Of a stretch of DNA of 35,874 nucleotides, positions 33,900-35,874 are shown in pieces. The translations under genes and the position numbers were made by a program. Every line of letters starts with the position of its first letter. Within the stretch, counting starts at the first letter, position 1. Source of the DNA: a virus (lineage: Duplodnaviria > Caudoviricetes). The notes below the pieces were generated by a model that saw nothing but the letters and a program-made list of their open reading frames with translations, did not search any database and was not told where the DNA came from. The stretch is taken from the IMG/VR virus record IMGVR_UViG_3300012952_002503, positions 1 through 35,874 of that record; one strand, written 5' to 3'.

Positions 33900-35874
33900 T
33901 TAGAAACAGGATTCGCTGACTGGATAAGTGAATGAGTCACTTGGATAATCAATGATATTTATACCCCCTAGGTCACCGAAATTATAACCATTAAAGTTAT
34001 TAGGATCGAAGGTGGGGATTGCTACATCGTTGATTGTATAGTCAATTGGATTGACTGAGGGATTAAAGATTGTTGGATCTACACCAGGTGGTACCGCAAT
34101 TGACCCTCCAGCAGGTAAAACCTGGATAGGGAGTCTCTCAGTGTCATCTGGGGTACCTTGTATCGCTATAGGACCGACACAGACGTTACCATGTGCATAA
34201 TCTACACTTCCAACAGAAGGATTTAATGTTAATTCGGTTTCATCTCTAGTTGTAACTAGAATTAGGTTACCTTGACCGTCATCTCTAATATTTACAGGTA
34301 CCAAGACCTGATTAGTGACGTTTGTTGACAATCCAGGAGAAGAAACTGCCACAGCAGTCGCTCCATCGGTCAAAGTTAGGTTAACTAGGTCTTCAGTATA
34401 ACCAGTTGCATAGAATGTGCCTGATTTTACTGTTGAGAAGGATGGTTTACACTTACTAGTGCCTCCATCTCCATCTCCATCATCATCACCATTCGCATCA
34501 TCGTCTTTTGGACTACCTGCGAAGTTTGAAGGGTCATAAAGTGGGTTACCGAAGTCTAAACACTGGGTAAACACGTTACCAAAGGTGAATTGGTCAAGAT
34601 TTTGACCTAAAGTCATCTGAGTGACGTTACCAGAGATCGCAGGGTCGCTACTATCAACCATCGCACCAAATTTAGACCCATCTATGCGTCCATTAAAGCG
34701 ATTATTGATACCTGCCTTATTCCACTGGTCAATTCCTTGTAAAATCTTAGTACCAAGTTGAGATCCAGTTAAATTAGTGTCATTTCCGTTATAATAGACG
34801 TAAGATTTCGGAATAACGTAGAAACTTGTAGGATCTATGATAACAGGATCTATTGAAGCAATAGAATACTTCAATAAGTCCTTTTTAATCTTTTGTTTTG
34901 TCGTTGCGTTGAGTTTATTTCCTGTTTTTGGTCTAATTGCAACATAAACCTTACCATATACAGGGGGAGTTAGTTTCTCGCCTCCATAGGCGGTCACAGA
35001 CGCTGCCTGGGGGTATATTTCAGAGACTATATGCTCATAGTCATTCTCAGTGACTGCTCTATTCTGAGTTGCATACGCTCTAGGTGCTCTAAACTTGACT
35101 GAGAGTGCTGTTTCACGGTCTTCACCGTCTTGAGCAGCATCTTTAGTCGATAATTTTATAGCATTGGGTGAAATGACCCTCATATCGCTGTCAACGATGT
35201 TACCAACGAAGTCAAAACCTCTTGCACCGTTAGCTTCAACCCCATCAGTGGACACATATGTGACTCTTATGTATTCACCATCAATTAATTTACGTCCAAT
35301 TGATCCATCTCCGAAAACAAGACGGTATCTCATGTCATCTGTCTCTTCCAAGTAGTAAATTCTGGAAGTTGCATTGGCATTTGTGACGTTTGCAGCAAGA
35401 CTATAGGTATCAGTCTCTGATGATTGAGCACTTGGAGAGATATCTATGGTTAAAAGACCAGTATCTACGTTTTCATCAGGAATAACGAAGTCTTGTTTCT
35501 TAGTATAGTCAACTGTATAGTTTGCAGTAAGCAAATTACCTTGATAAACAAGGACATTATCGAAAATTGCCTGTCCAGTAGCAGTATCTACTGAAACTTG
35601 GATGTCTTGAGTGAGTGCAAAGGTGTAACTATCGTTTTCATTGTCTGCAACAAACACATCACCCTTCCTAAGAGTGGCAAATTCTGGGAAAGTGGTGCCA
35701 TTTAGACCAACTGTTGTCTGTGCAACCAACTTTACACATGCTCTAGGTGCCTTAATTGACCTTGGAGTGTAATTTAACTGCTTTGCGATCCTTACAATGT
35801 TATCTCTGACCGTTGCAGTCTCTAAAAATGCTTCATTCAACGCCATGTTAGCGTTAAAGGCAGTATAATATGTG
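33900..35874 (-). CDS. gp6: Baseplate wedge subunit gp6 (5'-truncated by the window edge)
   Basis: The frame stays open above the listed ATG (35846) to the edge: ...TYYTAFNAN-MALNEAFLETATVRDNIVRIAKQLNYTPRS. FGDGSIG and APRAYATQNRAVTENDY...YGKVYVAIRP are gp6 family motifs. The true start is outside the window. Confidence 0.92.
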   Translation of the reverse strand, partial: TYYTAFNANMALNEAFLETATVRDNIVRIAKQLNYTPRSIKAPRACVKLVAQTTVGLNGTTFPEFATLRKGDVFVADNENDSYTFALTQDIQVSVDTATGQAIFDNVLVYQGNLLTANYTVDYTKKQDFVIPDENVDTGLLTIDISPSAQSSETDTYSLAANVTNANATSRIYYLEETDDMRYRLVFGDGSIGRKLIDGEYIRVTYVSTDGVEANGARGFDFVGNIVDSDMRVISPNAIKLSTKDAAQDGEDRETALSVKFRAPRAYATQNRAVTENDYEHIVSEIYPQAASVTAYGGEKLTPPVYGKVYVAIRPKTGNKLNATTKQKIKKDLLKYSIASIDPVIIDPTSFYVIPKSYVYYNGNDTNLTGSQLGTKILQGIDQWNKAGINNRFNGRIDGSKFGAMVDSSDPAISGNVTQMTLGQNLDQFTFGNVFTQCLDFGNPLYDPSNFAGSPKDDDANGDDDGDGDGGTSKCKPSFSTVKSGTFYATGYTEDLVNLTLTDGATAVAVSSPGLSTNVTNQVLVPVNIRDDGQGNLILVTTRDETELTLNPSVGSVDYAHGNVCVGPIAIQGTPDDTERLPIQVLPAGGSIAVPPGVDPTIFNPSVNPIDYTINDVAIPTFDPNNFNGYNFGDLGGINIIDYPSDSFTYPVSESCF

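Noticed and set aside
3828-35355. All other short ORFs in the track (plus strand, and alternate-frame minus ORFs such as 4357-4545, 15879-16124, 19230-19421, 20013-20282, 32409-32675, 32943-33125)
   Set aside because: They are 60-106 aa, fully inside long genes, and have the Leu/Met/Ile-rich composition typical of off-frame readings of biased codons. No independent support.
35844-35846. Listed ATG as the gp6 start
   Set aside because: The frame is open to the window edge and encodes conserved gp6 sequence (TYYTAFNAN) upstream of this Met.
1-35874. tRNA, rRNA, intrinsic terminators, mobile elements
   Set aside because: The window is almost entirely coding, with intergenic gaps of 1-33 nt. 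No hairpin plus U-tract or RNA gene was seen in the gaps.

Overview
AT-rich late (virion morphogenesis) region of a T4-like marine myovirus, most likely a cyanophage (inferred from protein style and gene order). All real genes are on the minus strand. In transcription order: gp6 baseplate wedge (5' end cut by the window edge), a 9,489-aa gp7-like protein (28.5 kb, about 80% of the window), a 530-aa YHYH + Ig protein, a 493-aa gp9/gp10-like protein ending in a cupredoxin-like domain, a 620-aa Gly-rich structural protein, and the first 140 codons of gp8 (absent from the ORF track). T4-type late promoter motifs lie upstream of three genes. The most unusual features are inside the giant protein: about 7 helical domains that resemble phycobiliprotein subunits including both bilin-site Cys positions, a 26-unit Cys/His-rich repeat array of about 2,700 aa, and a recursive architecture in which domains are inserted inside other domains. 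All domain calls are by-eye motif recognition; no database searches were run.
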